Assembly (NCBI RefSeq): GCF_004010195.1
Contig: NC_057757.1
Location: 3,063,610-3,104,579, forward strand
Direction: 5' to 3'
Length of the DNA stretch: 40,970 bases
From: Chiloscyllium plagiosum
Lineage: Eukaryota
This document shows positions 23,983-36,604 of this stretch, piece after piece (position 1 is the stretch's first letter; each line of letters opens with the position of its first letter). The position numbers and the translations under genes were made by a program. Under the pieces are notes generated by a model. That model did not search any database and was not told the DNA's origin. It was given only the letters and a program-made list of their open reading frames with translations.

Positions 23983-24889
23983 ATTTTCCCTCAGGGGTTT
24001 GCCTGTTTCTCTTCCAATATTTAGCTTCCTGGGTGTGGGGGGGGGCTTTAGGGAGGGCTTTCTGGAGGTTAGGGCCCTGTCAGCTGACATCGGGAGTGTG
24101 ATGGATTACTCCCAAATTGTCTGCACGGGGGCAGCTCCAAGAAGCTCGACACCATCCAAGACAAAAGCCAACCCTTTCATGACAGGCATGCCGTGGTTGT
24201 GGGGTGTGGTGTGAGATGTTTGGCGAGGGTGGAGCAGGGGGGGGGGGGTCAATGCAGTGATGGGGAGGGTAGGTTGAGGGCAGATGTCCTAGTGCTTGAG
24301 GGAAGGAAGCTGCCATCCTTACCTGGTCTGGCCTACACGTGACTCCAGACCCACAGCAACGTGGTTGACTCTTAACTGCCCTCTCGATGGGCAATAAATG
24401 CTGGGCCTAGCCAGCGACACCCTCATCCCATGAGTGAATTAATGATAAACTAGAGGAGCACATGTCTTTGCTGTCAGAGAGGTCGGTCTCAATTGATCAG
24501 ACCATCTCTCAGGATCCTCACACTGCCCATAGAACACGCTGTAAAGCCTGGACAAAAGGCCAGATGAGGGAGCTGCTTGTTGGTGATTTTGAAGTGTCAG
24601 TAAATGATGACTACAGGAGGTCAAATGTCTGGAAAGTTCTGCCTGTGTGAAGCCGTGAGAGAGACTGCCAGCTTGGCATTGAAATGTCTCTTGGCACCAG
24701 ACCATTTTGCATTCAGCTCGATGCATCAATACACTGTCATCCTCTACAGCTGGGAAAGTACCCCCTGGCGTCTTACCTCACAGCACGGGTCCTTCGACTT
24801 GTTTCTCACATGTTAACCCCCTGAGTCCTGGAGGAATTCACTTAGATGTCCTCAGTCTCTCTCAAGGAGCAGCGATTTGTAAAAGAATT

Positions 24890-25720
24890 CATTCACGGGA
24901 AGTGCCCGTCCCGAATTGCCCTCTGGAAAAGGTGGGTGAGCTGCCTTCTTGACACCCACCCAGCGCCGCTAGGGAGGTAGTTCCACGGGTTTTGATCCAG
25001 CGACAATGAAGGAACTGCCGAAGTATTTCCAAGTCAGGAGGGTGAGGGGTTCAGCAACTGGAGCAACCTTAGTCAATTAAAAAAAGATTTAAGGAGTAGA
25101 CACCACTGTAAACTTGAAAGGGCTGACGTTATGGGTCAAACGCAAGCAAATGGGATTAGTTTAGTTTGGAAAACTTGATCTGCATGGACGAGTTGGGCCG
25201 AAGGGTCTGTTTCCGTGCTGTATGACTCAATGACTCAATCCACTACCCTTATCCTTCAAGGTTGTAGAGCTCTGAGGTTTTGAGATGTGGTTAGAAGAGT
25301 CTTTGTGAGTTACTGCAGTGCATCTTGTGGGGAAAAGTCCAGTTACCAAAATGTTAATACTGGGAAATGAACATACTGGTCTTACTGGAGTTCTGTATTG
25401 AAGTAAAAGAGAAGTGTTTGACCAGTATGTTCCAGTAACTTGCTTCATCCCTCCTCTACTGCTATTGAGCGTCGGTGGTGGAGGGAGTGGATGTCTGTGG
25501 GTGTGCTGCCAATCAAGCCCGGGGGGGCTGCATGTCCCTGGATGGCGTTGAGCTTCTCGAGTGTTGTCGGAGCTGCCCCCAGGCAGGGCAAGTGGGGAGC
25601 AAGCTCTCACATTCCTCAGTTGTGCATTGTTGATGGTGGGACAGGCTTAGGGGAGTCAGGAGGGGAGTTACTCGCTGCAGGATTCCCAGCCTCTTCCCTG
25701 CTCCAGAAGCCTCATGGTTT
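24890..25720 (-). mobile_element. L2/CR1-type LINE fragments (24890-25050, 25250-25720) with a plus-strand CR1 tail at ~25070-25235
   Basis: Reverse complement is homologous to 26870-27080. Confidence 0.6.
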
Positions 25721-26104
25721 ATATTTCTGAAGAAGAGTCACACCAGACCTGAAATGTCACAGAATATTTGTGCACGTGTCCTTGCATCTGGCTACATTTC
25801 CTACAGTCACCTCTTCACAGATTTTTGCAGTCAACTGTATTTGGTCAATATACTGCACCAACTAGATTTCCCACATTTTAACAGTGTCCACACCTTAAGT
25901 GTGTTTTTAATTAGCTGAGGTTGCTCAAGGAGCTGTAATTTACCCAGAATAAAACACTTCCTTAAGGTCTATGCCGCAGAACTGTGTTTGGTGAGCGCTG
26001 AATTGGAACAATAGAATCCCTACAGTGTGGAAGCAGGCCATTCGGCCCATCGGGATGCAGTAAGGATGTGATGCTAAGATCTTAACAGTTGGTGGATCGG
26101 GAAT

Positions 26105-26627
26105 TCTGATCTCCTTCCTAATGGAAGGATGTTGTGAAACTTGAAAGGGTTCAGAAAAGATTTACAAGGATGTTGCCAGGGTTAGAGGGTTTGAACTACA
26201 GGGAGAGGCTGAATAGGCTGGGGCTGTTTTCCCTGAAGTGTTGGAGGCTGAGGGGTGACCTTACAGAGGTTTATAAAATCATGAGGGGCATGGATAGGAT
26301 AAATAGCCGAGGTCTTTTTCCTGGGGTGGAGGAGTTCAGAACTAGAGGGCATAAGTTCAGAGTGAGAGGGGAAAGATATAAAAGGGACCTAAAGGGCAAC
26401 TTTTTCACACAGAAGGTGGTGTGTGTGTGGAATGAGCTGCCAGAGGAAGTGGTTGGAGGCTGGTACAATGATAGCATTTAAAAGGCATCTGAATGGGTAT
26501 ATGAATCGGAAGGGTTTAGAGGCATTTGGGCCGTGTGTAGGCAAATGGGACTAGATTAGGTTACGATGGCATGAACGAGTCAGACCGAAGGATCTGCTTC
26601 TGTGCTGAACATGTCTATGACTCTATG
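26105..26627 (+). mobile_element. CR1/HER1-like LINE 3' fragment, well preserved
   Basis: Encodes KLERVQKRFTRMLPGLEGLNYRERLNRLGLFSL...WNELPEEVV. Confidence 0.93.
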
Positions 26628-26829
26628 ATTTTTATTGTTCTGGTGATTGAGGTAAGTGAAGATAAAACCAGGTCCTTTCACAGTCAGAGCCTCTGCTTCC
26701 TTGGAAGGACAGTGCCACCTGCAGTGCAGTACCTCCTTAATCTGCACAGGGGGCAGTGGACTCCTGTTCTCTGCACATTTGAACCTTCCAACTCAGAGGG
26801 AAGTATGTGGCTCAATGAACCACAGCCAA

Positions 26830-27520
26830 AAGAAGAAGGATTGACCAAACAGCAGAACAAGGCTACAAGAGCAGGTCAGAGGTTGGAAATCCTCTGGCAA
26901 GTAACTCCCTCCTGACTCCCCAAGGCCTGTCCTACCATCGACAAGGCACAGGTCAGGAGTGCGAGGGAATATTCCCTACTTGCCCTGGAATGGGGCAGCT
27001 CCATCAGCGCTCAAGGAGCTAGACACCATCCAGGGACAAAGCAGACCCCACTTGATTGACACCGCATTCACTCCCTCGCAGTAGCAGCAGTGTGTACTAG
27101 CTACAAATAAAAGCAAATTACTGCGGATGCTGGAATCTGAAACCAAAAGAGAAGATGCTGGAAAATCTCAGCGGGTCTGGCAGTATCTGTAAGGAGAGAA
27201 AAGAGCTGACGTTTTGAGTCTAACTGACCCTTTGTACTAGCTACAAGATGCACTGCAGAAACTCACCAAAGCTCCTTAGACAGTACTTTCCAAACGTACA
27301 AATAATACCATCTATAAGGACAAGGGGGCAACAGATACATGGTAATACCACCAGTTCCTCTCTGAGTCCCCCCCATCCTGACTTGGAAATATATCGGCAG
27401 TTCCCTCAGTGTCTCTGGGTCAGAATCCTGGAACTCCCTCCCAGCCCCACCTTCTCAAGGGGGCAACTAGGGCTGAGTAATAATACTGACCCAGCCAGCA
27501 ACGTCCGTAAGTGAATTAAA
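26830..27520 (+). mobile_element. L2/CR1-type LINE C-terminal fragment
   Basis: Degenerate RAGQRLEILW...KAQVRS...LKELDTIQ, resembling a LINE RT C-terminus. Confidence 0.7.
27107..27232 (-). mobile_element. 126-bp Penelope-derived insert with 14-bp target-site duplication
   Basis: TGTACTAGCTACAA at 27093-27106 and 27233-27246. Insert carries GGGTC-AGTTA-GACTC-AAAAC-GTC, the 3' half of a hammerhead. Confidence 0.8.
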
Positions 27521-27849
27521 AATATATTCAGCATAACCTCGCAAATGTATGAATAAGGGAACCTGACTAGACCATTCAGCCCCTTGAACCTGTTCCTCCA
27601 TCCAGTAAGATCACGGCTGATCTGACTGGAACCTTAAATCAGTACTGTTTTCTGTCCTGATAACCTCTCACCTCCTTGCTTAGCAAGATGCGATTTACTA
27701 GGGTCCGAAAAAATATTCAAGGTCTCTTCTTCCAGGAAAAGACTTCCAAAGATTCAACCCTCAGAAAACTGTCAGCATTGTCTCTGTTTCGAATGGGTGA
27801 CCCCTGATTGTTAGACAGTGACCCCTAGTTCGAGATTCTCGCTTAGATT

Positions 27850-28540
27850 TATATAGAACAGAAACAAATCGTTCAGTCCAATTCATCCATGCTGACCAGA
27901 TATCCAAACTTAACCGAGTCCCATTTGCCAGCATTTGGCCCATATCCCTCTAAACTTTTCTTATTCATGTACTCATCCAGATGCCTTTTAAATGTTGTCA
28001 TTGTACCAGCCTCCACCACTTCCTCTGGCAGCTCATTCCATACATGTTCCACCCTCTGCATGGAAATATTGTCCCTTAGATCCCTTTTAAATCTTTCCCC
28101 TTTCACCTTAAATCTAATCCCTCTAGTTTTGGACTCCCCTATCCTGGAGAATAAGATCTTGTCTATCCACGCCCCTCATGATTTTATAAACTTCTGAAAG
28201 GTCACCCCTTAGCCTCTGACGCTCCAGGGAAAACAGCCCCAGCCTGTTCAGCCTCTCCCTGTAGCTCAAATCCTCCAACCCTGGCAACATCCTTGTAAAT
28301 CTTTTCTGAACGCTTTCAAGTTTCACAACATCCTTCCCATAGTAGAGAGACCAGAACTGCATGCAATATTCCAACAGTGGCCTGACCAATGTCCTGTACA
28401 GCTGCAACATGACCTCCCAACTCTTGTACTCAGTACTCTGACCAATAAAGGAAAGCATACCAAACACCTTCTTCACTATCCTATCTACCTACGACTCCAC
28501 TTCCAAGGAGCTATGAACCTGCACTCCAAGGTCTCTTTGT
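27850..28540 (-). mobile_element. CR1/HER1-like LINE 3' fragment
   Basis: ORFs 28123-28476 and 27873-28106 (LYRTLVRPLLEYCMQFWS; WNELPEEVVEAG). Confidence 0.93.
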
Positions 28541-29029
28541 TTGTTGGAAAACCTCTTCTGGTGTGTACATCATCTGTTTGTTGCGTGCTGTGATGCTAGT
28601 CAGTTCAGTATTTCTTTGGATTCTAATACCCATCTTTCCACTCTTCCCTATCCTTGATCTGCCTCCCCCATCTCCCTGAACATTCAAAAACGTCCTCTCC
28701 CACATCATTAAAGGCGTTAGGTCAATGCAGATTGTTGTTGCTGCCTTTGTCGCTGGCAATGAACATCTGGTCAGTTCAGGGTGACTCAGTCCTCTTCCCC
28801 CCGAAATACCACTGCCAATTTCCTGGAGTTGAGTCAGTTTTCAGCTCATCACTAATTACTGTTTAGGAGGAGCTGTTTCTAAATGAAGAGATTGACTATT
28901 AGCAATCTTACAGCTCCCCTTCCCTTGTTTGCTTTCATATATCATGCATCACATCCCCTTTTCCATGCGTTGCTCCATTTTACTAAGAGTGTGCACTGAT
29001 TATAAAGAACACACAGTCCCTCTCTGTGA

Positions 29030-30260
29030 ACAGAGATAGCACAGGGTTAGATACAGAGTTAGTCTCCCTCTACTCTTTAAAACTGCAAATATAGCACCTT
29101 CTACTCTTAATCTGACAGTAAGGCTGATTCGACTTTTTTAAACTGCAAGTAAAGCTCCCTCTACACTGTCCCCTATCAAACGCTCTCAGGGCAGGGAGAG
29201 CATGGAGTTAAATACAGAGTAAAGCTCTTTCTACACTGTCCCCATCAAACACTCACAGGACAGAGACAGTACGGGGTTAAATACAGAGTAAAGCTCTCTC
29301 TACACTGTCCCCATCAAACATTCCCAGGACAGGGACAGTACGGGGTTAAATACAGAGTAAAGCTCTGTCTACACTGTCCCCATCAAACACTCCCAGGACA
29401 GCGACAGCATGGGGTCAAATACAGAGTAAAGCTCCCTCTACACTGTCCACATCAAACACTCCTAGGACAGGGTTAGCATGGGGTCAAATACAGAGTAAAG
29501 CTCCCTCTACACTGTCCCCATCAAACACTCACAGGACAGAGACAGTACGGGGTTAAATACAGAGTAAAGCTCTCTCTACACTGTCCCCATCAAACACTCC
29601 CAGGACAGGGTTAGCATGGGGTTAGATTCAGAGTAAAGCTCTCTCTACACTGTCCCCATCAAACACTCCTAGGACAGGGACAGCATGGGGTTAAATACAG
29701 AGTAAAGCTCGCTCTACACTGTCCACATCAAACATTCCCAGGACAGGGACAGCATGGGGTCAAATACAGAGTAAAGCTCCCTCTACACTGTCCACATCAA
29801 ACACTCTCAGGACAGGGTTAGCATGGGGTTAGATTCAGAGTAAAGCTCCCTCTACACTGTCCCCATCAAACACTCCCAGGACAGGGTTAGCATGGGGTTA
29901 GATTCAGAGTAAAGCTCTCTCTACACTGTCCCCATCAAACACTCCCAAGACAGGGACAGCATGGGGTTCGATGCAGAGTAAAGCTCTCTCTACACTGTCC
30001 CCATCAAACACTCCCAGGACAGGGACAGCATGGGGTTAAAGACAGAGTAAAGCTCCCTCTACACTGTCCCCCATCAAATATTCCCAGAACAGATACAGCA
30101 TGGGGTTAAATACAGCGTAATGCTCCCTCTGCTCTGTCCCCATATAACACTTCCAATGCAGGGTTAACATGGGGGCTAGATACAAAGTAAAACTCCCTCT
30201 ATACTGTTCCTGTGAAACATTCCTCAAACAGGTATGCACAGAGTAAAGCCTCTTCTATAT
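29030..30260 (-). repeat. Second array of the 69-bp minisatellite, inverted relative to the first
   Basis: Unit ACAGAGTAAAGCTCCCTCTACACTGTCCCCATCAAACACTCCCAGGACAGGGACAGCATGGGGTTAGAT is the reverse complement of the first array's unit. Confidence 0.95.
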
Positions 30261-31004
30261 GGTTAAACTGAAAGTAAAGATCCCTCAACTCAGTATGTAG
30301 GGACTGCCGACACAGGCCAGCACATTTTACATGCCCCTAATTGCCTTCTGAACGGAATGGCTTGCTCATCTATTTCAGAGGGCCACGCCATCTGGGGGCC
30401 AGACCAGGTAAGGACGGCAGATTTACTTCCCTAACTGCAGACAGAGTTCTTTTTGATAACAATGACCGACGATGCCTGTCACTGTCACCATTGCTGAGAC
30501 TCAATTCCAATCCCGGATTTATTCACTGAATTCGAATTCTGTTCAAACCCACATTTCCTTGGCGACTATTCTGGGTGCCTGGAAGATTAGTTGGTGACAT
30601 TGCCACCATCTCCCCCACCAGTGCCTCTCCTGAAAGCTCTATATAAATGCAGAACCTGTTATCTCTCCTGACTAATTGCTAAATGACTGAATAAAAACTC
30701 AGCTATTCTCTATGAATGGTTTCATACCCTGCTATGACACATACAGCAGGTGTGATGATTTGGTAAATGAGGCTACGTCTTTAGTTTTGTCAGATACAAC
30801 CCAATGACTGGATTCATTTTTCAATGTAGGTTTGATTAACCAAGCTGATTACAACCCCCAGACATAGAAATCTCATTCCCTATTCATCTCAACTGTCACT
30901 CCTTCAGTATCTGTGGTTCAGAACTTCTTTCTTATTTTACCCCAGTGACAGCTTTTGGAAAGATGTTTCTGATTCCCATTCATTGAAAAAAAAAAGCAGA
31001 GATA

Positions 31005-31456
31005 AACACACAGAGGGAAAGTGAAAGAGTCAGAGAGAGAGAGAGAGAGGCAGACAGAGAGAGGGGGGCAGATACAGAGAAACGCACAGAGTCAAAGAGA
31101 AAGAGAGGGAGAGAGAGAGACCCTCAGAGTCACTGAGAGACGGGGAGACATAGAGACAGAGACATACAGAGAGTAAAAAGAGAGAGGAATAGAGGCACAT
31201 AAAGTAACAGAGAGAGACAGGCGGAGAGTAGAGAGGAAAAGTCAGACAGAGATATAACCTGATGGAGAGATGTGCCAACAGACATTAAATCTGCAGAAAA
31301 AGAAAGGCAGAGCAACAGACACAAAGTACAGAGAAGTACAGACAAAGGGAGGCAGGGAAAGTAAGGGGCAGAGGAAGAAAGGTAGAGTGTTTGAGAGAAA
31401 CTCGGTGAGAGAGAGAGATATACAGACAGAAAGAGAGAGAGAGATAGACTGAGAGA
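31005..31456. repeat. GA-rich low-complexity tract
   Basis: Directly visible. Confidence 0.9.
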
Positions 31457-31744
31457 ATCAAAGACGGGTAAGTGTGCAGAATGTTTCTCTTAGAAAGTTG
31501 AACAAGCAAATTACCTGCAGAACACATTTTCCACAAGAAGTGAATGGTAACGATTTGTTACCAGTGACACAGACAGAGCTACACTGACAGATACCTACAC
31601 TTGCACATGCAATTACATAGACAGTGTGTACTGGCATACAAGTCCATGCACACAAACATTCTCATTCAGAGGCACAGGGACGTACCTAAAGAAATACACA
31701 GGTGCACACAGGTATGCAGATGTACCCTTGTTCACACTGATATG

Positions 31745-32290
31745 ATCACAAACATATACACTCACTCACTCATTCTCACTGACAGACACTGACTTATACA
31801 CATGCATTCACTCATACACAACTCACACATGCTCACACACACTTACATTCATTCACACACACTCACATACACACAACACAGACCATTGACATACACACAT
31901 GCACACACACAATTCACACTCATGAACACACACAGTCACACACACAGACATACACACAAACATACACTCATTCATTCGCACATACTGACATACACACGCA
32001 CAATTCACACACACAGACATACATTCACACACAGTCAAGCACACACACTTGCACACACATGGGCATACACATTCACACAGTTACACACACACAGTCACAC
32101 ACACACACACACACAATTCTCACACACATATTCACAAACACATACAGTCACACATACACAACCACACACAGGCATATAAATACAGACATAGACACACAAA
32201 CGCAGACATACACACACACACATAGTCTCACACTCACACACACAGGTATACACACACTGTCACACTCACAAATAGACAAACACACACACT
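31745..32290. repeat. Degenerate (CA)n microsatellite
   Basis: Directly visible. Confidence 0.95.
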
Positions 32291-33167
32291 CAAGGAACCC
32301 ATGAACTCAAACACACCGGTGCTCACTTTTCTTCAGCTGTTTTGAGATGGGCCCATTGCTCCCCACACTGCCTTCCAGGTTAGACTACCACCTCCTATGG
32401 CCACTACCACATTCCATTGTGACAGCTCCCTGCGTAGTCAACTGAGTGATCAGAGCAGGAACACAGCAATACTAACAGGACAACCCACATCAATGGGCTG
32501 TCTCCCAGGTGACATATCGATTGAGACATAGGAAGTCTTACTGCATTAACCACTCGAGGATACAAAGCCTTTGAATCCTTATACAACAAACACATCACAC
32601 AGATCATTGTGAATGGCAAAGAAGCTGCAAAATTAGTAAAACTATTGTAATTCACCAGCAACTCAGAAGATGTTAATTCTACTCTTGGTGATGTTTGGCC
32701 TCTTCCATTCACTTTCCTCCTGGCTTCCTATCTCTACCTTTGATGGTTGGAACCTTAGCTTCTCTGGTTGTAGTTATGGAAAAGCAGATGTGTAAATACA
32801 TGGGCATTTATATCTCTGCTGTCATGCACAAATCTGTCACGCACAATTTCAACATTTCAGAAAGAACACAGCCAGAGAAAGACACAGTCACATTCTGTAA
32901 CAAGCACACGTGCACCCCTCTATCTCTCTGTCACGCGCACACATGCACACACACCTCTTCCAGTAGTGAGACAATGATTGACTGAACCCCCCCCCACTCC
33001 CTCTCACAAGGAGAGATATTTATTACTTATAGAATTCCTACAGTGTGAAAGCAGGCCATTCAGCCAATCGAGTATACACTGGCCCTCTGAAGAGCATTCC
33101 ACCCAGACCCACCTTTTAATCCTGCATTTCCCGTGGCTAATCCACCTGGCCTATACGTCTCTGGAAT

Positions 33168-33256
33168 GAAAAACAGAAATCGCTGAAAAAGCTCAGCATG
33201 TCTGTGGAGATGGAATCAGAGTTAACGTTTCAGATCCAGTGACCCTTCCTCAGGAG
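33168..33256 (-). mobile_element. Short Penelope terminal fragment with near-intact hammerhead core
   Basis: Minus strand 33224-33253: CUGAGGA-A-GGGUC-ACUG-GAUCU-GAAAC-GUU. Confidence 0.7.
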
Positions 33257-33529
33257 GGCATGCTGGCTCTGTTGGAGGATATAGCTCCATTCTGGATGGT
33301 GGAGGGATATCGTGCCTGTGAGAGCATGCAGACAGGATTCTATATGAGACAGTTCTGGGATGAGGGGCTTGAGTCACGTGGAGAGGGTTGAGAGGAGATT
33401 TGATCAAGCCGTTCAGAACCAAGAGGGGTCTGGCCAGTATAATGGGGAGAAACTGTTTCCAATGGATTGAGAATGAGAGGGCACAGATTTAAGGTGATTG
33501 GTAGAACAAGCAATGGCAACACAAGAAAC

Positions 33530-34185
33530 TGCCACACAGGGGCAGCAGGGAATCAGGAAGGGTCATGGAACATTGGCCCTTATTTCGAGGGGGTTGGAGT
33601 ATAAGAGTAGGGAAGTCTTACAGCAACTGCAGAAGGTGCTGGGGAGACCATATCTAGAGTACTGTGAGGAGTTCCTTATTTCAGGAAAGATATCATTTCA
33701 TTGGAGGCAGTTTAGAGGAAAGGGTCATTCGGATGATCCCTGAAGTGGAGGGATTGTCTTCCGAGCAAAAGTGAAACAGACTGGGACTCTACTCCCTGGA
33801 GTTGAGAAGAATGAGTGGGTGGTCTCACTGGGACATATTGAATACTTATCCTTCAGTCCTGAGAGGATGCTCCCCCGCATGGGGGGTTCTAGGACTGAGG
33901 GCACCGTCTCAGAATAAAGGGCGGGGGGGGCTGATTTCAGACTGAGTTAAGGAGGAATTTACTCCCTCAGAGGGTTGTGAGTCTTTGGAGCTCCTTGCCA
34001 CAGAGAGATGTAGGTCGGAGTCCTTGTGGATATTCACCGTTGAGATAGAGAGATCAGTCGGGGAATCAAGGGTTACAGGGAAAGGGCAAGAAAGTGAGGA
34101 ATTTTGGATCAGCCATGATCCTATTGAATGGCCGGGCAGGCTCGAGGGGCCAAATGGCCTCCTCCTGCTCCTATTTCATATGGTT
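33530..34185 (+). mobile_element. Older CR1-like LINE 3' fragment
   Basis: Encodes LALISRGLEYKSREVL...RPYLEYC; tail GGGGCCAAATGGCCTCCTCCTGCTCCTATTTC. Confidence 0.8.
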
Positions 34186-34856
34186 GTATGCACATGGGGA
34201 TAAACCCTTCCCCACAATAAATGGTTATGGTCTGGAATGCATTGTCTGAGAGTGTGGGGGAGGCATGTTCACTCGAGTGTTTCAAGTGGAGCAGAGACTA
34301 GGAACAATGGTAGCTTTGACAATAAGAGAAACTGAAGGTAACAGATAGCACACAGAACTTTATGAATTAAAAGTCAGGAAGTTTTTTTTTTGTACAAACT
34401 CACAGTGGCAGAGATCTGTGAGAGGCAGTTTGATAAGTTTGGGAACAGATAGCCCAAAGTTTGTAGTTTAGCAAGGATCAGAGTTATGAGGCCACAGCAG
34501 CGGGGAATCTTTAGGTCATTGAATGTTGAGAAATTAAGAAATGCAATCTATACCTAACAATCAGAGATTTGATTGAATTCCTACAGGTAGTGAACAGGAG
34601 ACCCGCTCCTGTTGGCAATGGCTGCTGAATGATAAAGGGAAAGGTGATAACCTCTAAGGGGCACCAGCTTGAATCAGGGAAAACAAAACATGGCAGTTTC
34701 GCAGACTGAATAAGTGAACTTAGATAATGATGAAGACAACTCAAATGAACCTTATGTCCAAGGATAAAGGGGAGAAGTTCAGAGATATCATGTTAAATCT
34801 TAGGAATTCAGCCAAGATTCCTATGCTGGGAAAATGATTTCAGTCTTATTAATGGG

Positions 34857-35357
34857 ATGGCATGGTGGGTCAGTGGTTAGCATTGCTGCCTCACGGTGCC
34901 AGGGACTCAGGTTCGATCCCAACCTCGGGCGATTTTCTGTGTGGAGTTTGTGCGTTCTAACCCGTGTCTGTGTGGATTTCCTTTGGGTGCTCCGGTTTCC
35001 TCCCACACTCCAGGTTAGGGTGGATTGGCCGTGCTAAATTGCCCCATAGTGCCCAGGGATGTGCAGGTTAGGGTGGATTGGCCGTGCTAAATTGTCCTAT
35101 AGTACCCAGGGATGTGCAGATTAGGGTGGATTGGCTGTGCTAAATTGCCCATAGTGTCCAGAGATGTGCAGGTTAGGGTGGATTGACTGTGCTAAATTGC
35201 CCATAATGTTCAGGGATGTATAGGTTTGGTGCATTAGTCAGGGGTAAAATATAGGGTGATAGGGTAGGGGAGTGGGTCTGGGTGGGTTACTCTTCAGAGG
35301 GTCAGTGTGGACTTGTTAGGCTGAAGGGCCTGTTTCCACATTGTAGGGATTCTATGA
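34857..35357 (+). mobile_element. HE1-type SINE with an internal 4x ~52-bp tandem expansion (35011-35220)
   Basis: A/B boxes, V domain, and four copies of CAGGTTAGGGTGGATTGGCCGTGCTAAATTGCCCATAGTG...GGGATGTG. Confidence 0.9.
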
Positions 35358-35454
35358 CCCTTTGATCTTATTAATGGAACTTTAACAGATGTCTTTTAAG
35401 TAAAATAGTATGAAAATAGTTAGAATAGAGACAGTGAATTTCATCTTAGAAGCA

Positions 35455-35930
35455 GTCTATGTTCAAATGCGACAAGATCTTGACAATTTCCAGGCTTGGG
35501 CTGACAAGAGGCAAGCAAAACTGGTGCCATAGAAATGCCAGACTCTGACCATCACCAATAAGAGACAATCTAACCACTGCCCCTTGACATTCATGGTGTT
35601 ACCGTCACTGAATCCCAGCCCCCACCCACCTCCAGGATTGTGGTGGAATACTCCCCACTTGTCTGGATGAGTACAGCTCCAATATCATTCAGGAAGCTTG
35701 ACACCACCCAGGGCTCTGTAGCCACTGCTTGTTTGGCACTAATCCCTCCACCACCAAAGCTTAGCAGTAACAGTATGTACCATCTACAAGATGCACTGCA
35801 GAAACTCACCAAAGATCCTCAGGCAGTACCTCACAAAGCCATAACCACTTCCATCTAGACACACAAGGGCAGCAGATACATGGGAACATCACCACCTTCA
35901 AGTTTCCCTCCAAGCCACTCACCATCCTTT
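35455..35930 (+). mobile_element. L2/CR1-type LINE fragment, internally deleted
   Basis: Encodes QDLDNFQAWADK and VEYSPLVWMSTAP...KLDTTQ. Confidence 0.7.
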
Positions 35931-35959
35931 ATACTTAACTTTATATTAGAACTTTATAT

Positions 35960-36604
35960 TAGATAAGTGTGAGGTGTTGTATTCTGGAAAGTCAAATCTA
36001 GGTGAATGGTGAACGGTGAATGGTAGGACCTTAAGGAGTATAGTGGAACAGAGGGACCTTGGAGTTCAGATGCACGGTTCTCTGAAAGTGGAGTCCCAGG
36101 TAGACAGGGCAATGAGGAAGGCTTCTGGCACACTGGTCTTCATCAGTCAGGGCATTGAGTGTAGAGGTTAGGAAGTTATGTTGCAGTTGTACAGGACGTT
36201 GGTGAGACTTGGAGTGTTGTGTTCAGTTTTGGTCACCTTGCTACAGGAAGGATGTTATTAAACTGGAAAGCGTGCAGAGGAAATGTACAAGGATGTTGCC
36301 AGAGCTCAAGGGTCTGAGTTATAGGGAGAGGTTGGACAAGCTTGTACTTATATCATTAAAGCGTAGGAGACTGAGGGGGGGGGGGATCTTACAGAAATGT
36401 ATAAGATCATGAGAGGCATGGATTGGATGAATGCACTCAGTCGTTTTCCCAGGGTTGGGGAATCGAGGACTAGAGGGCATCAGTTTACGGTTGGAGGGGA
36501 AAGAATAATAGGGAACCTATGGGGAAACCTTTCTCCACAGAGGGTGGTAACGCATATGGAATGAGCTGCCAGTGGAAGTGGTTGAGGCGGGTGCATTAAC
36601 AACA
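35960..36604 (+). mobile_element. CR1 fragment
   Basis: Encodes CCVQFWSPCYRKDVIKLESVQRKCTRML. Confidence 0.9.

Noticed and set aside
28545..28860. Minus-strand exon candidate
   Set aside because: No consistent frame with good splice signals, and it runs into a CR1
3519..32304. His/Thr- and Cys/Val-rich ORFs (3519-3945, 9378-9754, 31802-32304)
   Set aside because: Translations of GT/CA microsatellites
32500..32650. Protein-like peptide DIGSLTALTTRGYKAFESLYNKHITQIIVNGKEAAKLVKLL
   Set aside because: Bounded by stops, with no convincing splice sites or recognisable family
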